IMG/VR virus record: IMGVR_UViG_3300032213_001560
Source of the DNA: a virus
Length of the DNA: 43,757 bases
Direction: 5' to 3' (one strand)
Below are positions 23,939-32,584 of the stretch, piece after piece. Below the pieces are notes generated by a model. It made no database searches. It was not told where the DNA came from and worked only from the letters and a program-made list of their open reading frames with translations. Within the stretch, counting starts at the first letter, position 1, and every line of letters begins with the position of its first letter. The position numbers and the translations under genes were made by a program.

Positions 23939-25596
23939 TGGCGCTTACTCCTGAAAGAATGGCTGAACTAGACCAGTTTTATGCTGCTGCTTCAACGCAA
24001 AACGGGGGTGATTCTGACTATTTAACGCAATTAACGCAACCTCAGCAATTAAAAGCAATGACACCTGAGCGCATGGCAGAGCTAGATGCGTATTATTCTC
24101 AAAATAAACCAAACAAACAGCAGGCAGATGAAGTTGGCATAGGTAGAACTGCATTAGATCAAGGTTTGCAAGGCGCTACATTTGGTTTTGCTGACGAACT
24201 TACAGATAGAATTGGCGCTGGCATTGCATCTCTTTATACAGGTGAATCTTATGATTCAATGTTAAAAAATGCTAGGGGTATGTCAAAAGACCGTATGGCG
24301 GCGGAATTTGACCAGAATCCAGTTACTTCAATCGTTTCTAATTTGGCTGGGGGGCTTTTAACAGGTGGAGCAGGAGCAACGACTAAAGCAGGAACCGCTG
24401 CTGCTAATAGCATTCGCACTGGCAACACGGCGGCGCGTATTGGTAAAGCTTCTCTTGCGGGTGCAGCGTCCGGTGGGATTTATGGGGCTGGGACAGCAGA
24501 CGAAGGAAATAGGCTCGAAGGCGCTGCTACTGGCGCTGCTATTGGTGCCGCCCTTCCTGTTGCAATTGGCGCGGGTGGTGCAGCAGTAAAAGCCGGAGCC
24601 AATGCTGTTACCCCAACTATTCAGGAGGGATTATTGCCTGTTGTGCAATTAGCGCAAAAATTTAAAATCCCCGTTGCATTAAATCAAGTAGCAGAAGGTA
24701 ATGCAATTAAGAATTTTCAAAAGGTTAGCAAAGAACTCCCTTTTTCTGGAGAATCTAAATTCCGTGATACCCAACTTAAAGCGTTTAATCGTGGGTTAAT
24801 AGAAACTACAGGTGGGCGTGCTGATAAATTTACCCCAGAGTTAATGGATAATTTATTTACTCGTGTAGGAAAAGAATTTGACAAACTTGGGGCAGGAAAA
24901 ACATTTAATTTAAATAATGAATTTTTAGATGGTGCCGCATCTATCCTTGATGATGCCGCGAGTACTGGTATTCCTAAAGAAACTATTGCAGGGTTTGAGA
25001 AAGTGCTTAACCGCATTTTTGACAATGCTAAAGATGGTAAGATCAAAGGAGAAACACTAGCGATATTTCGCAAAGAAGCAAATAGGCTGGCGCGTAAGTC
25101 TAATAATGATGAGGCTAGAAACCTTTTGCATGATTTAGAAAACAATATTGTAGACGTAATGACAGCAGGCGATGATGTTGCATCAGGCGCACTTTCCAAA
25201 GCAAAACAGCAATACAAGAATTTGCTTGTATTAGAACCATTGGCAGCAAAGGCTAAAAGCGGAAATATTAGCCCATCAGCCCTTCAGAGCCGAGTTAGTA
25301 AAATTTATGGCAGACAATTCACTCGCGGTAAAGCGGGTGACATAGGTGAATTGGCAAGAATTGGGTTTGAGTTGTTACCAGAACTAGGAGGGTCAGATAC
25401 GCTTCAAAAAGGAGCTTATTTAGTTGGGGCAACGGGCGCTCTTGCTAACCCCGCCACAATCCCATCTATGATAGGTGTGCTAGGGGCAAATCGTGCTGCG
25501 CAATCTGTAATAAACCGTAATCAATCGTTAATTAAAGGAGCTGCTAACCGCACCGCTAAAAGAATAGCGTCTAATCCGCAAAAGAAATTACCCTAA
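23938..25596 (+). CDS. internal virion/ejection protein candidate with glycine-zipper hydrophobic segments (552 aa)
   Basis: ORF track. Duplicated N-terminal TPERMAELD motif. Ala/Gly-rich membrane-like stretch (LAGGLLTGGAGA...GAAIGAALPVAIGAGGAAV). Confidence 0.45.
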   Translation: MALTPERMAELDQFYAAASTQNGGDSDYLTQLTQPQQLKAMTPERMAELDAYYSQNKPNKQQADEVGIGRTALDQGLQGATFGFADELTDRIGAGIASLYTGESYDSMLKNARGMSKDRMAAEFDQNPVTSIVSNLAGGLLTGGAGATTKAGTAAANSIRTGNTAARIGKASLAGAASGGIYGAGTADEGNRLEGAATGAAIGAALPVAIGAGGAAVKAGANAVTPTIQEGLLPVVQLAQKFKIPVALNQVAEGNAIKNFQKVSKELPFSGESKFRDTQLKAFNRGLIETTGGRADKFTPELMDNLFTRVGKEFDKLGAGKTFNLNNEFLDGAASILDDAASTGIPKETIAGFEKVLNRIFDNAKDGKIKGETLAIFRKEANRLARKSNNDEARNLLHDLENNIVDVMTAGDDVASGALSKAKQQYKNLLVLEPLAAKAKSGNISPSALQSRVSKIYGRQFTRGKAGDIGELARIGFELLPELGGSDTLQKGAYLVGATGALANPATIPSMIGVLGANRAAQSVINRNQSLIKGAANRTAKRIASNPQKKLP

Positions 25597-25604
25597 CCGC
25601 TGAT

Positions 25605-25633
25605 TTGGCAAAACCGTCAACAGCGTTTAATAT
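25605..25633 (+). promoter_or_regulatory. sigma70-type promoter candidate ahead of the tail-fibre genes (TTGGCA-17-TAATAT)
   Basis: TTGGCA at 25605..25610, 17-nt spacer, TAATAT at 25628..25633, in the 72-nt gap after ORF 23938..25596. Confidence 0.4.
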
Positions 25634-25668
25634 AGAACATATACTAACCACAATAAAGGAAACGCGAT

Positions 25669-25833
25669 ATGCCCTCAATTTATGACATGGCTCAAAATGA
25701 CGGATCAACTAATAAAAGCGGTGCGGTAACGAACTATACCGTAAAGCCAACTATTGCCAAGCAATCTGAAAATGGGTGCAAAACGCCATTTAAATGCCGT
25801 ACTTGCCCAGAAACACCAAACACAAAGAAATAA
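25669..25833 (+). CDS. hypothetical small protein (54 aa)
   Basis: Manual translation: MPSIYDMAQNDGSTNKSGAVTNYTVKPTIAKQSENGCKTPFKCRTCPETPNTKK. AAAGGA lies 8 nt upstream. The ORF fills the gap before the tail fibre gene. Confidence 0.5.
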   Translation: MPSIYDMAQNDGSTNKSGAVTNYTVKPTIAKQSENGCKTPFKCRTCPETPNTKK

Positions 25834-25839
25834 GCGTCA

Positions 25840-26928
25840 ATGACAGCTAAAAGCCGTACAGTACTTAAAAGCTACTTTTTATCTGGTTTGCGCCCAACGC
25901 AAACTCAGTACGGCGACCTTATTGACAGCTTTGCGTTAGTTTCTGCTGACGTATCTGGACAATACCTGCCTATTGCTGGTGGAGCAATGACGGGTTCATT
26001 ACAATTGCGTGGCGTGCCTGTTTCGGCATTGGAAGCCGTAACCAAGAGCTATGTTGACGCTATTGTATCGGCTGGTGGTGCTATTGCTGGTGGTTCAAAT
26101 GGCCAAATTCAATACAATAACTCTGGTGGCTTTGGCGGCTTTACTGTAAGCGGTGATGCAACGCTTGCTACAACTGGTGCTTTTACTCTTGCAAATACTG
26201 CTGTTTCTGCCGGAACTTACGCATTGGCAACGGTTACGGTTGATGCAAAAGGGCGCGTAACAGGGGCTAGCTCTAATAGCGCAACCGCTGGGATTAGAAC
26301 TGTAGCCGTACAAACCTTTACTGGCTCTGGCACTTATACGCCATCTGCTGGCATGTCTTATTGCGTGATGGAAGTGTGGGGCGGTGGTGGCGGTGGTGGC
26401 GGTGTAACGTCCACGGCTGGTAACTCGGCTGGTGGTGGCGGTGCTGGCGGGTATTCAAAAAAGATAGTTTCTGCTGCAACTGTAGGTTTATCACAAAGCG
26501 TTACTATTGGTGCTGGCGGGACTGCTGGCGCCAATACTGGCGGGACAGGCGGGACAGGTGGGACAACAGGTGTTGGCTCTATCTTGCAAGCTACAGGTGG
26601 AACGGGTGGCGCGGGCGATACTACTGGTGGCGGTACTTGCGCACTTGGCGGCGATGGCGGCGTTGGTAGCAGCGGCAACATCAATGCTACTGGCGCATAT
26701 GGGTTTAACAGCGATTTCAATGCTAGTACTCAGCAATCTGGTGGTGGTGGTAATAGCTCTTTAGGCGGCGGTGGTCGTGGTAAGCCGTATACAGCAAATG
26801 CTGCTGGTGCAAATGCTGCGGCAAATTCAGGCTCAGGTGGCTCTGGTGCAGCGGCAAATGGTTCTGCTAATGTTGGCGGCACAGGCGGTAGCGGCTATTG
26901 CGTAATCACTGAATATTGTACGGTATAG
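25840..26928 (+). CDS. tail fibre protein with glycine-rich domain (362 aa)
   Basis: The N-terminal RTVLKSYFLSGLRPTQTQYGDLIDSF is a phage fibre-type anchor. The Gly-rich block starts at YCVMEVWGGGGGGGG...GGGGAGGYS and ends at GGSGYCVITEY, typical of phage fibre glycine-rich domains. Confidence 0.65.
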   Translation: MTAKSRTVLKSYFLSGLRPTQTQYGDLIDSFALVSADVSGQYLPIAGGAMTGSLQLRGVPVSALEAVTKSYVDAIVSAGGAIAGGSNGQIQYNNSGGFGGFTVSGDATLATTGAFTLANTAVSAGTYALATVTVDAKGRVTGASSNSATAGIRTVAVQTFTGSGTYTPSAGMSYCVMEVWGGGGGGGGVTSTAGNSAGGGGAGGYSKKIVSAATVGLSQSVTIGAGGTAGANTGGTGGTGGTTGVGSILQATGGTGGAGDTTGGGTCALGGDGGVGSSGNINATGAYGFNSDFNASTQQSGGGGNSSLGGGGRGKPYTANAAGANAAANSGSGGSGAAANGSANVGGTGGSGYCVITEYCTV

Positions 26929-26930
26929 GT

Positions 26931-27098
26931 ATGGCATCAAGTTTAACAGAGTCAGGCGGATTAACAAAAACAGGTGGATTGACCAATCCGGGCGGTTTGT
27001 CGCAAAGTGGATCACCACCATCTCCGCCACCATCTTTTACAGCGTCATTAAGATTTAACGATGCACGCAATTCACAATATTGGATGTTTTTTATTTAG
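26931..27098 (+). CDS. hypothetical small protein with four GGL(T/S) repeats (55 aa)
   Basis: ATG at 26931 lies 2 nt after the fibre stop. MASSLTESGGLTKTGGLTNPGGLSQSGSPPSPPP... is low-complexity, so coding status is uncertain. Confidence 0.35.
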   Translation: MASSLTESGGLTKTGGLTNPGGLSQSGSPPSPPPSFTASLRFNDARNSQYWMFFI

Positions 27099-27107
27099 GG
27101 GTAAAAT

Positions 27108-27746
27108 ATGGCTATTACGACATTAGGAACCAAAACGGTATTAGACTCGGTAGGCGCAAGCGTTACCGTTAAAACCGTCAATGATTCTGGCGATAGCAGC
27201 ACATCCCCTGCGCATGGTATTGTGGACGGGCTGGGGTTTCAATTTGACCCAAGCCCACGCATTTTCACGGGCGCAACAATAACTCGCCCAGCCGATACCG
27301 CAGTATATGCAGCAGGTGATGTGCTTGCAACAAGCACGACATTAGCAACTGCAAACGCAGCCATTGCATCGCAAACAATCCAAATTGCCCGTTATGCAGA
27401 CCAGCCAACCTCCTTGTTAAGAATGCGCCTTACAAAGACAGGAACAACGTTAACAAGTGGCATTTTCCGCGTACATCTTTACAGGTCGCAACCAGTGCTT
27501 ACCAACGCTGACAACGGTGTATGGTTGACAACTGCTGTAGCGAATTATGTTGGCTCATTTGACGTGACTATGAGCAGGGCAATGTCCGATGGCGCTATTG
27601 GCCTTGGTTCTTCAACGGATGGCGCAACTATCGTTACTACACCTGTTTCGGGACAGAATTATCTTTTTTATGTAATTGAAGTAAGGGGAACGGCATACAC
27701 ACCTATTTCTGGCGAGGTATTTACTCCAATTATTGAGGTAAACTAA
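27108..27746 (+). CDS. hypothetical tail-associated protein (212 aa)
   Basis: ORF track. Lies between the fibre genes. No motif recognised. Confidence 0.5.
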   Translation: MAITTLGTKTVLDSVGASVTVKTVNDSGDSSTSPAHGIVDGLGFQFDPSPRIFTGATITRPADTAVYAAGDVLATSTTLATANAAIASQTIQIARYADQPTSLLRMRLTKTGTTLTSGIFRVHLYRSQPVLTNADNGVWLTTAVANYVGSFDVTMSRAMSDGAIGLGSSTDGATIVTTPVSGQNYLFYVIEVRGTAYTPISGEVFTPIIEVN

Positions 27747-28981
27747 TGTTTAGGCCGAATAATGCTCCGCCAGCGTGGGTGCATCGCGGCGCGGGGCTAG
27801 ACCTTGATTTTGTGAATGCGCGTTATTGGGGCGGATTTGTTAGTTACGCCTCCAATTCTAGCGCAAATAATCGTGATGGTAATTTATTTGCTGTAAACAG
27901 ATCATCCGGCCTTACGCTTGCTGCGCCTAATATAGACGGAATATTACAAACCTTTGCAGGCAATCAGATGATGATAACCAGAGGGATAGGATTGTGGGCT
28001 GAAAATAATGCTACCAACTACGCTTTGCAATGCCGTGATTTAAGCAATGCTGTGTGGACTAGCGTTGGTATAACAGCAAATAGAAACCAAATAGGCGCTG
28101 ATTTATCGGCAAACGGCGCAACGCTTTTAACCGCAACTGCGCCTAGTGGGACGTGTTTACAGCTTATCACGCTTGCTTCCACTCAGGTTATTGGTTCGGC
28201 ATATGTAAAACGCGTGACGGGTAGCGGAACTATAGAAATGACTATTGATGGTGGCCTATCGTACACTAATATAACCAGCCAGATTAATACTTCTACCTTT
28301 TCTTTTATTGAGCTACCTAATCAAACTCTACTTAATCCATCTATAGGATTCAGGATTACCACATCCGGCGATGCAATTGCTGTGGACTTTACCCAACTTG
28401 AAAACGTTATAGACGGCATCACGGCGGCAACTACGCGCATTGTTACTGCTGCAACAACACAAACCAGAGGGAACGTAAGTATCAACTTACAAATGTTTGG
28501 GACGGTTGGTGCGTCTTACAATGACGGCAACCGAATCATAAATGATTACCACTTCAGGCGTGAGATAAGCGTGTACTATGAGGCATCTGGCAACGGTAAA
28601 GCAGGTTGTTTTATGTTTGGTGGGGGCAATACAGGCACCAATCAATTGTACGGTGGCCTTGATGGAGGCACTGTTACCCATAGTTCAAATGCCACGGTTG
28701 GTACAGTTTCAGCGGTAACTGCAAATAGCGGGACATATGGACGTGGAAATATCAACAAAGTGACCGCAAGAATCACTGGCTCTAGTAATTCGGTATGCTT
28801 AAACGGCGGCGCTATTGCTTATGGTAATTACACTGTGGATTTTCGCGCAATAGGCGTTGAAACACATCAGGGCGTGGGTAATAACGGTGCAGGGCTTCAG
28901 CCTATCAATGGATATGTGCGGAGAATAACGTATTTTCCTTACGCCATTGATGACGGCAGAATGATTGAATTAACGCGGTAG
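27746..28981 (+). CDS. tail fibre / receptor-binding protein candidate (411 aa)
   Basis: ORF track. Last large structural ORF before the lysis genes. Asn/Gly/Thr-rich beta-type sequence. Confidence 0.45.
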   Translation: MFRPNNAPPAWVHRGAGLDLDFVNARYWGGFVSYASNSSANNRDGNLFAVNRSSGLTLAAPNIDGILQTFAGNQMMITRGIGLWAENNATNYALQCRDLSNAVWTSVGITANRNQIGADLSANGATLLTATAPSGTCLQLITLASTQVIGSAYVKRVTGSGTIEMTIDGGLSYTNITSQINTSTFSFIELPNQTLLNPSIGFRITTSGDAIAVDFTQLENVIDGITAATTRIVTAATTQTRGNVSINLQMFGTVGASYNDGNRIINDYHFRREISVYYEASGNGKAGCFMFGGGNTGTNQLYGGLDGGTVTHSSNATVGTVSAVTANSGTYGRGNINKVTARITGSSNSVCLNGGAIAYGNYTVDFRAIGVETHQGVGNNGAGLQPINGYVRRITYFPYAIDDGRMIELTR

Positions 28982-28990
28982 GAGGGCATT

Positions 28991-29221
28991 ATGCCAAAAC
29001 CAGAGGGTGAACGAATTGCAGTGGTAGAAGTTGAAACATTGGCACATGCAGAGCAGATTGAAAAGCTCACAAGTGCCGTTGAGGAGATTTCAGAACAGCT
29101 ACATCAGATTGCTATTCAGCTTGCTAAAAGCAAATCTTTCATCGCTGGCATAAGTTGCGCTTTTTCTTTGATTGGCGCAAGCATTGCGTTTGTTGCTAAT
29201 TACGTTTTGGGGCATAAATGA
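28991..29221 (+). CDS. tail-anchored single-TM protein, holin or lysis-accessory candidate (76 aa)
   Basis: Coiled-coil N-terminal half followed by the TM segment FIAGISCAFSLIGASIAFVANYVLG. ATGA junction with the endolysin gene. Confidence 0.4.
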   Translation: MPKPEGERIAVVEVETLAHAEQIEKLTSAVEEISEQLHQIAIQLAKSKSFIAGISCAFSLIGASIAFVANYVLGHK

Positions 29222-29616
29222 GCTACTTCTCAACAGATGAGCTTAAATGCCCCTGTTGTGGAGAGTGCCTTTTAATGGGCGGGTTTCTGGATAAGCTAAA
29301 CGAGATACGCCAAGCATTAGGCAGCGCAATGGTTATTAACAGCGCTTGCAGGTGTATGAAGCATAACCTTGCTGTAGGTGGGAAGGGCAAAAGCTTCCAC
29401 TTGATTAACGAGCAAGGGGTGACAGGATTGGCAGGATGTTGTGCGGTAGATGTTTCAACATTCATGTGGCCAAATTCTAAACGGGAAAAGTTTTTAAAAC
29501 TAGCAAGAGATGGCGGCTGGTCGGTTGGTGTGGCTAATTCATTTATCCATATTGACAGACGAACTGACTATCCAGATTCAGGTTGGAAGCGCAGAGCAGA
29601 GTGGACATATTCATAA
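29218..29616 (+). CDS. endolysin, peptidase M15A-type zinc D-Ala-D-Ala carboxypeptidase/L-Ala-D-Glu peptidase family (132 aa)
   Basis: INSACRCMKHNLAVGGKGKSFH...CCAVDV...FIHIDRR fits the SxHxxGxAxD ... HxD zinc-ligand layout of M15 phage lysins. Confidence 0.75.
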   Translation: MSYFSTDELKCPCCGECLLMGGFLDKLNEIRQALGSAMVINSACRCMKHNLAVGGKGKSFHLINEQGVTGLAGCCAVDVSTFMWPNSKREKFLKLARDGGWSVGVANSFIHIDRRTDYPDSGWKRRAEWTYS

Positions 29617-29628
29617 AAGGATTGCCGC

Positions 29629-29790
29629 ATGGCCGACATACTCAATTTTATCAGTTTGAAGGGTCACACCTACAGCGATAAGAACGGTATTGTCAACGTC
29701 TATACCCCTGACGGAAAGAAACCATCACGAAAATTAATATTTGCATTGTTGCGTGAAGCTCGGAAGCAACTTCTGGAGGACGGCAAATGA
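29629..29790 (+). CDS. hypothetical small protein (53 aa)
   Basis: Manual translation: MADILNFISLKGHTYSDKNGIVNVYTPDGKKPSRKLIFALLREARKQLLEDGK. ATGA junction with the exonuclease gene. Confidence 0.5.
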   Translation: MADILNFISLKGHTYSDKNGIVNVYTPDGKKPSRKLIFALLREARKQLLEDGK

Positions 29791-30683
29791 CATGGACAGC
29801 GCCACACCACCAAGCAAAGAAAGAAGCCTTATTTGCCCGAATGGCAAAAGGCGAGGATAAATACAAAGTAGCTCATGAGATGGGCATATCTGAAAGTACT
29901 GTAAGACGGTGGGTTGCCAAATCTAAGGTGGGAAACGTATCAAATCCCACCGAGAAATCGTCAAGAATCCTTATCTACGACATCGAAACATTGCCTAATC
30001 TTGGGTACTTCTGGGACACCATATCCGATAGGTCAATACCTCTTGATTTCATCATTAAACCTAAATCTATATGCACAATCGCATACAAATGGCTTGGTGA
30101 GCCTGAAACGTATGTTTTGGTGATAGACACGCCTTATAACGATAAGCCTGTCCTAGAGGCGTTTCTGCCTGAATGGAGCAAAGCTAACTATGTCGTAGCG
30201 CATTACTCTCGTTTTGATAAGCCGTTTATCGCCGCACGACTGATGGCAAACGGACTACCTTCACTTCCGCCTGTGAATGACATATGTACATACAAGTTGG
30301 CAAAACATCACTTTGGACGGTCACTAAATGGCAATAAGCTAGATCATCTTGGTTCCATTCTAGGGGTTGGGAACAAGATAAAGACATCGGCTGACTTGTG
30401 GGTTGGCTGCGCTTCAGGTGATAAAGAGTCATTGGCTAAAATGGCTGAGTATAATGTTCAGGATGTGGAGTTATTGGCTAAGGTCTTTAACGCAATGTTA
30501 CCGTATGTCAAAAGCAAACTCAATTACAATTTATTAACAGATGACCCATTGCAGAAGTGCAAGCAATGCGGCAGTAGCCATATCGAGCATAAGGGTTTTG
30601 AGTATGTAGCCAACACCATGCGTCACCGTTATCAATGTAATGATTGCGGTAGCTGGTCTACTTATCCGAGGAAAAAGTCATGA
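29787..30683 (+). CDS. DEDD-type 3'-5' exonuclease (RNase H-like fold) with N-terminal HTH and C-terminal zinc ribbon (298 aa)
   Basis: Exo I is LIYDIETL, Exo II-like is VVAHYSRFDKPF, and Exo III is YNVQDVELL. The N-terminus has MGISESTVRRWV (HTH). The C-terminus has CKQCGS...CNDCGS. Confidence 0.7.
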   Translation: MTWTAPHHQAKKEALFARMAKGEDKYKVAHEMGISESTVRRWVAKSKVGNVSNPTEKSSRILIYDIETLPNLGYFWDTISDRSIPLDFIIKPKSICTIAYKWLGEPETYVLVIDTPYNDKPVLEAFLPEWSKANYVVAHYSRFDKPFIAARLMANGLPSLPPVNDICTYKLAKHHFGRSLNGNKLDHLGSILGVGNKIKTSADLWVGCASGDKESLAKMAEYNVQDVELLAKVFNAMLPYVKSKLNYNLLTDDPLQKCKQCGSSHIEHKGFEYVANTMRHRYQCNDCGSWSTYPRKKS

Positions 30684-30934
30684 CCATTGAGCAAACCCTA
30701 CAAGAGCGTAGCAAAACACACGGCGATTTCAAAAGCCAAGCTTGCACAGCACAGGTCATTAAAGAGGCCATATCCTTATCGCCAAACTGGCATAGGATGA
30801 CAGCAGCACAGCGCGAGGCATTGCAACTAATCTCAACCAAGATTAGCCGCCTTTGCCACGGCGACCCCCTCCACAAGGACTCATGGCACGATATTGAAGG
30901 CTATGCCCGACTAGGGGGAGATCATGCAGAATGA
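30680..30934 (+). CDS. hypothetical protein (84 aa)
   Basis: ORF track. ATGA junction with the upstream gene. Confidence 0.6.
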   Translation: MTIEQTLQERSKTHGDFKSQACTAQVIKEAISLSPNWHRMTAAQREALQLISTKISRLCHGDPLHKDSWHDIEGYARLGGDHAE

Positions 30935-31052
30935 TAAATGTGCCTATCTTAGCCGCCTCGCACTATTGCTGGAACGTGAAGCCAGATTCCAAGGCATCGA
31001 CATTGAGGTGCTTATTACGCAGATTCTGGCAAAGATTGAAAGGAAGCATTAA
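30924..31052 (+). CDS. hypothetical small protein (42 aa)
   Basis: Manual translation: MQNDKCAYLSRLALLLEREARFQGIDIEVLITQILAKIERKH. Its stop abuts the next ATG (TAAATG), and it fills an otherwise empty 118-nt gap. Confidence 0.4.
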   Translation: MQNDKCAYLSRLALLLEREARFQGIDIEVLITQILAKIERKH

Positions 31053-31463
31053 ATGGCATTAGACCCACTAACAGCAGGTTTTGAACTTGGCGGTAAGATA
31101 TTAGACAAGCTATTCCCCAATCCAGAGGATAGAGCAGCCGCACAGATCAAGCTGGTTGAGTTGCAACAGTCAGGCGACTTGGCGCAGATTACAGTCAACC
31201 AAGAAGAAGCCAAGCACGAGAATCTATTTGTAAGCGGATGGAGGCCATTTATAGGCTGGGTTTGTGGTTTTGCGTTTGCCTACCACTTCATTGCATTACC
31301 CCTGCTGGAAACCGTAGCACAAGCCGCTGGCTACAAGGTCGAGCCACCAGTATTTGACATGAACCAACTTATGACCGTATTGATGGGTATGCTTGGTTTG
31401 GGAAGCTTACGCACTGTTGAGAAAGTCCAAGACATGAAAACGAAGCTACCATGGCAAAAATAA
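31053..31463 (+). CDS. holin, 3-TM GTA-type (DUF3154-like), 136 aa
   Basis: KLFPNPEDRAAAQIKLVELQQSGDL..VNQEEAKHENLFVSGWRPFIGWVCGFAFAYHF matches, from memory, the conserved N-terminal and WRPxIGW block of the holin-of-3TMs family described for gene transfer agents. Confidence 0.55.
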   Translation: MALDPLTAGFELGGKILDKLFPNPEDRAAAQIKLVELQQSGDLAQITVNQEEAKHENLFVSGWRPFIGWVCGFAFAYHFIALPLLETVAQAAGYKVEPPVFDMNQLMTVLMGMLGLGSLRTVEKVQDMKTKLPWQK

Positions 31464-31549
31464 TCCTCATTTCCCTACTACTATCTGGCTGCACCGTATG
31501 CGCTAAGGGAGAGTGTCCGGTGTTTCCTACGAGTGCACCTCGGCAATGA
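31451..31549 (+). CDS. small lipoprotein (32 aa), outer-membrane spanin-like candidate
   Basis: Manual translation: MAKIILISLLLSGCTVCAKGECPVFPTSAPRQ, with lipobox LSGC. It overlaps the holin 3' end by 13 nt and converges on the TrpRS-like gene, with 23 nt of antisense overlap. Confidence 0.45.
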   Translation: MAKIILISLLLSGCTVCAKGECPVFPTSAPRQ

Positions 31550-32273
31550 TTAGATCGGCAAGTTCGGTTTTGAAATCCTTAAACCTTGTATGCTTTTCTT
31601 TGCCCCCAACTGCCTTATAGATAGTGCGTAAGTTTACCATTTCCGGCGTATCATCATCTATCGACATAGCTGTTTTTGCTACCATTATCTTGCGCCTGAT
31701 TGTTTCTGCATTATCAATAATATTAATCCTGCTCATATCATCCGGTTCAGATTTGCTCATTTTCTTTGTTCCGTCCGTAAGCGACATAATGCGGGGATAT
31801 TCGCTTACAACAGCTTCCGGCTTAGGGAAAGACTTCTCTGGAAGCTTATCATGTAAATCTCTGATAAACTCTATGTGTTGTACTTGGTCGTTACCTACGG
31901 GGATATGTGTGCCTTGGAGATAGAATATGTCGGCAGCCATCAGCACAGGATAGGTAAGCAATGAAGCTACCTGCGCCTCTTTCTCCGATTTTTCCTTGTA
32001 CTGCGTCATCCGCGAAAGATGACCTATCTTGGCATATTGCAATAAATTCGCATACAAGATTAAATGTTCTTTAGGGAAATGGCTTTGGATGTCAACATCT
32101 AACCCAATATCAATAAGGATTTTGGCAGTCTTCATAACTTCTTCGCGGCTGTGAATTCCGTGGAGGTCAGCAACAAATACCATGCAACCAAGTTTTCTTG
32201 CTTGCTTGATCGCGCCAAGGTAATTTCCTAAATGAATATTTCCTGTTGGCCTTATGCCTGTGACGTATTTCAT
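31527..32273 (-). CDS. trpS: tryptophanyl-tRNA synthetase-like class I aaRS, C-terminally truncated (248 aa)
   Basis: IRPTGNIHLGNYLGA (HIGH-equivalent), SRMTQYKEKS, LLTYPVLMAADI, IPVGNDQVQHIEFIRDL and KMSKS are collinear with bacterial TrpRS. It ends at ...FKTELADLIIAEVHS, short of the usual about 330 aa. Confidence 0.85.
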   Translation of the reverse strand: MKYVTGIRPTGNIHLGNYLGAIKQARKLGCMVFVADLHGIHSREEVMKTAKILIDIGLDVDIQSHFPKEHLILYANLLQYAKIGHLSRMTQYKEKSEKEAQVASLLTYPVLMAADIFYLQGTHIPVGNDQVQHIEFIRDLHDKLPEKSFPKPEAVVSEYPRIMSLTDGTKKMSKSEPDDMSRINIIDNAETIRRKIMVAKTAMSIDDDTPEMVNLRTIYKAVGGKEKHTRFKDFKTELADLIIAEVHS

Positions 32274-32521
32274 GTTTCCAAATGCGGCCGAGAGGCAATA
32301 GATTCCTTATTTGGGGTAAATACGCCACCGGCTCCTGCTGGTTTATTTGAACCATAAACCCCAGTGCCACCACCGCCTCCATAACTAATTGCTGCTACAC
32401 CGCCACCCCCGCAAGTTCCATATGTAAATAACGGAAGGCCATTGGCTGCTAAAACTTTATTTGCTTCTGTCAAAGCTTCGTGGGCTGTAGCAAAATGATT
32501 TTTAGTAAGAACTACTTTCAT
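32270..32521 (-). CDS. glycine-rich small protein (83 aa), translationally coupled to the TrpRS-like gene
   Basis: ORF track: MKVVLTKNHFATAHEALTEANKVLAANGLPLFTYGTCGGGGVAAISYGGGGGTGVYGSNKPAGAGGVF... ATGA junction with trpS. GGAGG lies 7 nt upstream of its ATG. Confidence 0.65.
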   Translation of the reverse strand: MKVVLTKNHFATAHEALTEANKVLAANGLPLFTYGTCGGGGVAAISYGGGGGTGVYGSNKPAGAGGVFTPNKESIASRPHLET

Positions 32522-32584
32522 TTAATCCTCCGATCTTTATTTCGTTGGGCGCATATCTGCTGCAACTCCTCAAGGCTGAACAGC

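Noticed and set aside
26358-26720. 120-aa Pro-rich ORF on the minus strand (with neighbours 26491..26736 and 26507..26764) inside the tail fibre gene
   Set aside because: It is the antisense or alternative-frame shadow of the GGT/GGC-rich glycine codons of the fibre gene (GGN read backwards gives NCC, Pro). It has no independent start context and lies wholly within a well-supported CDS.
32270-32521. Gly-rich 83-aa protein as a microcin B17-like or collagen-like product
   Set aside because: No azole-forming (McbBCD-type) enzymes, export or immunity genes, or Gly-X-Y periodicity are present. The idea is kept only as a low-weight hypothesis within the trpS-operon finding.
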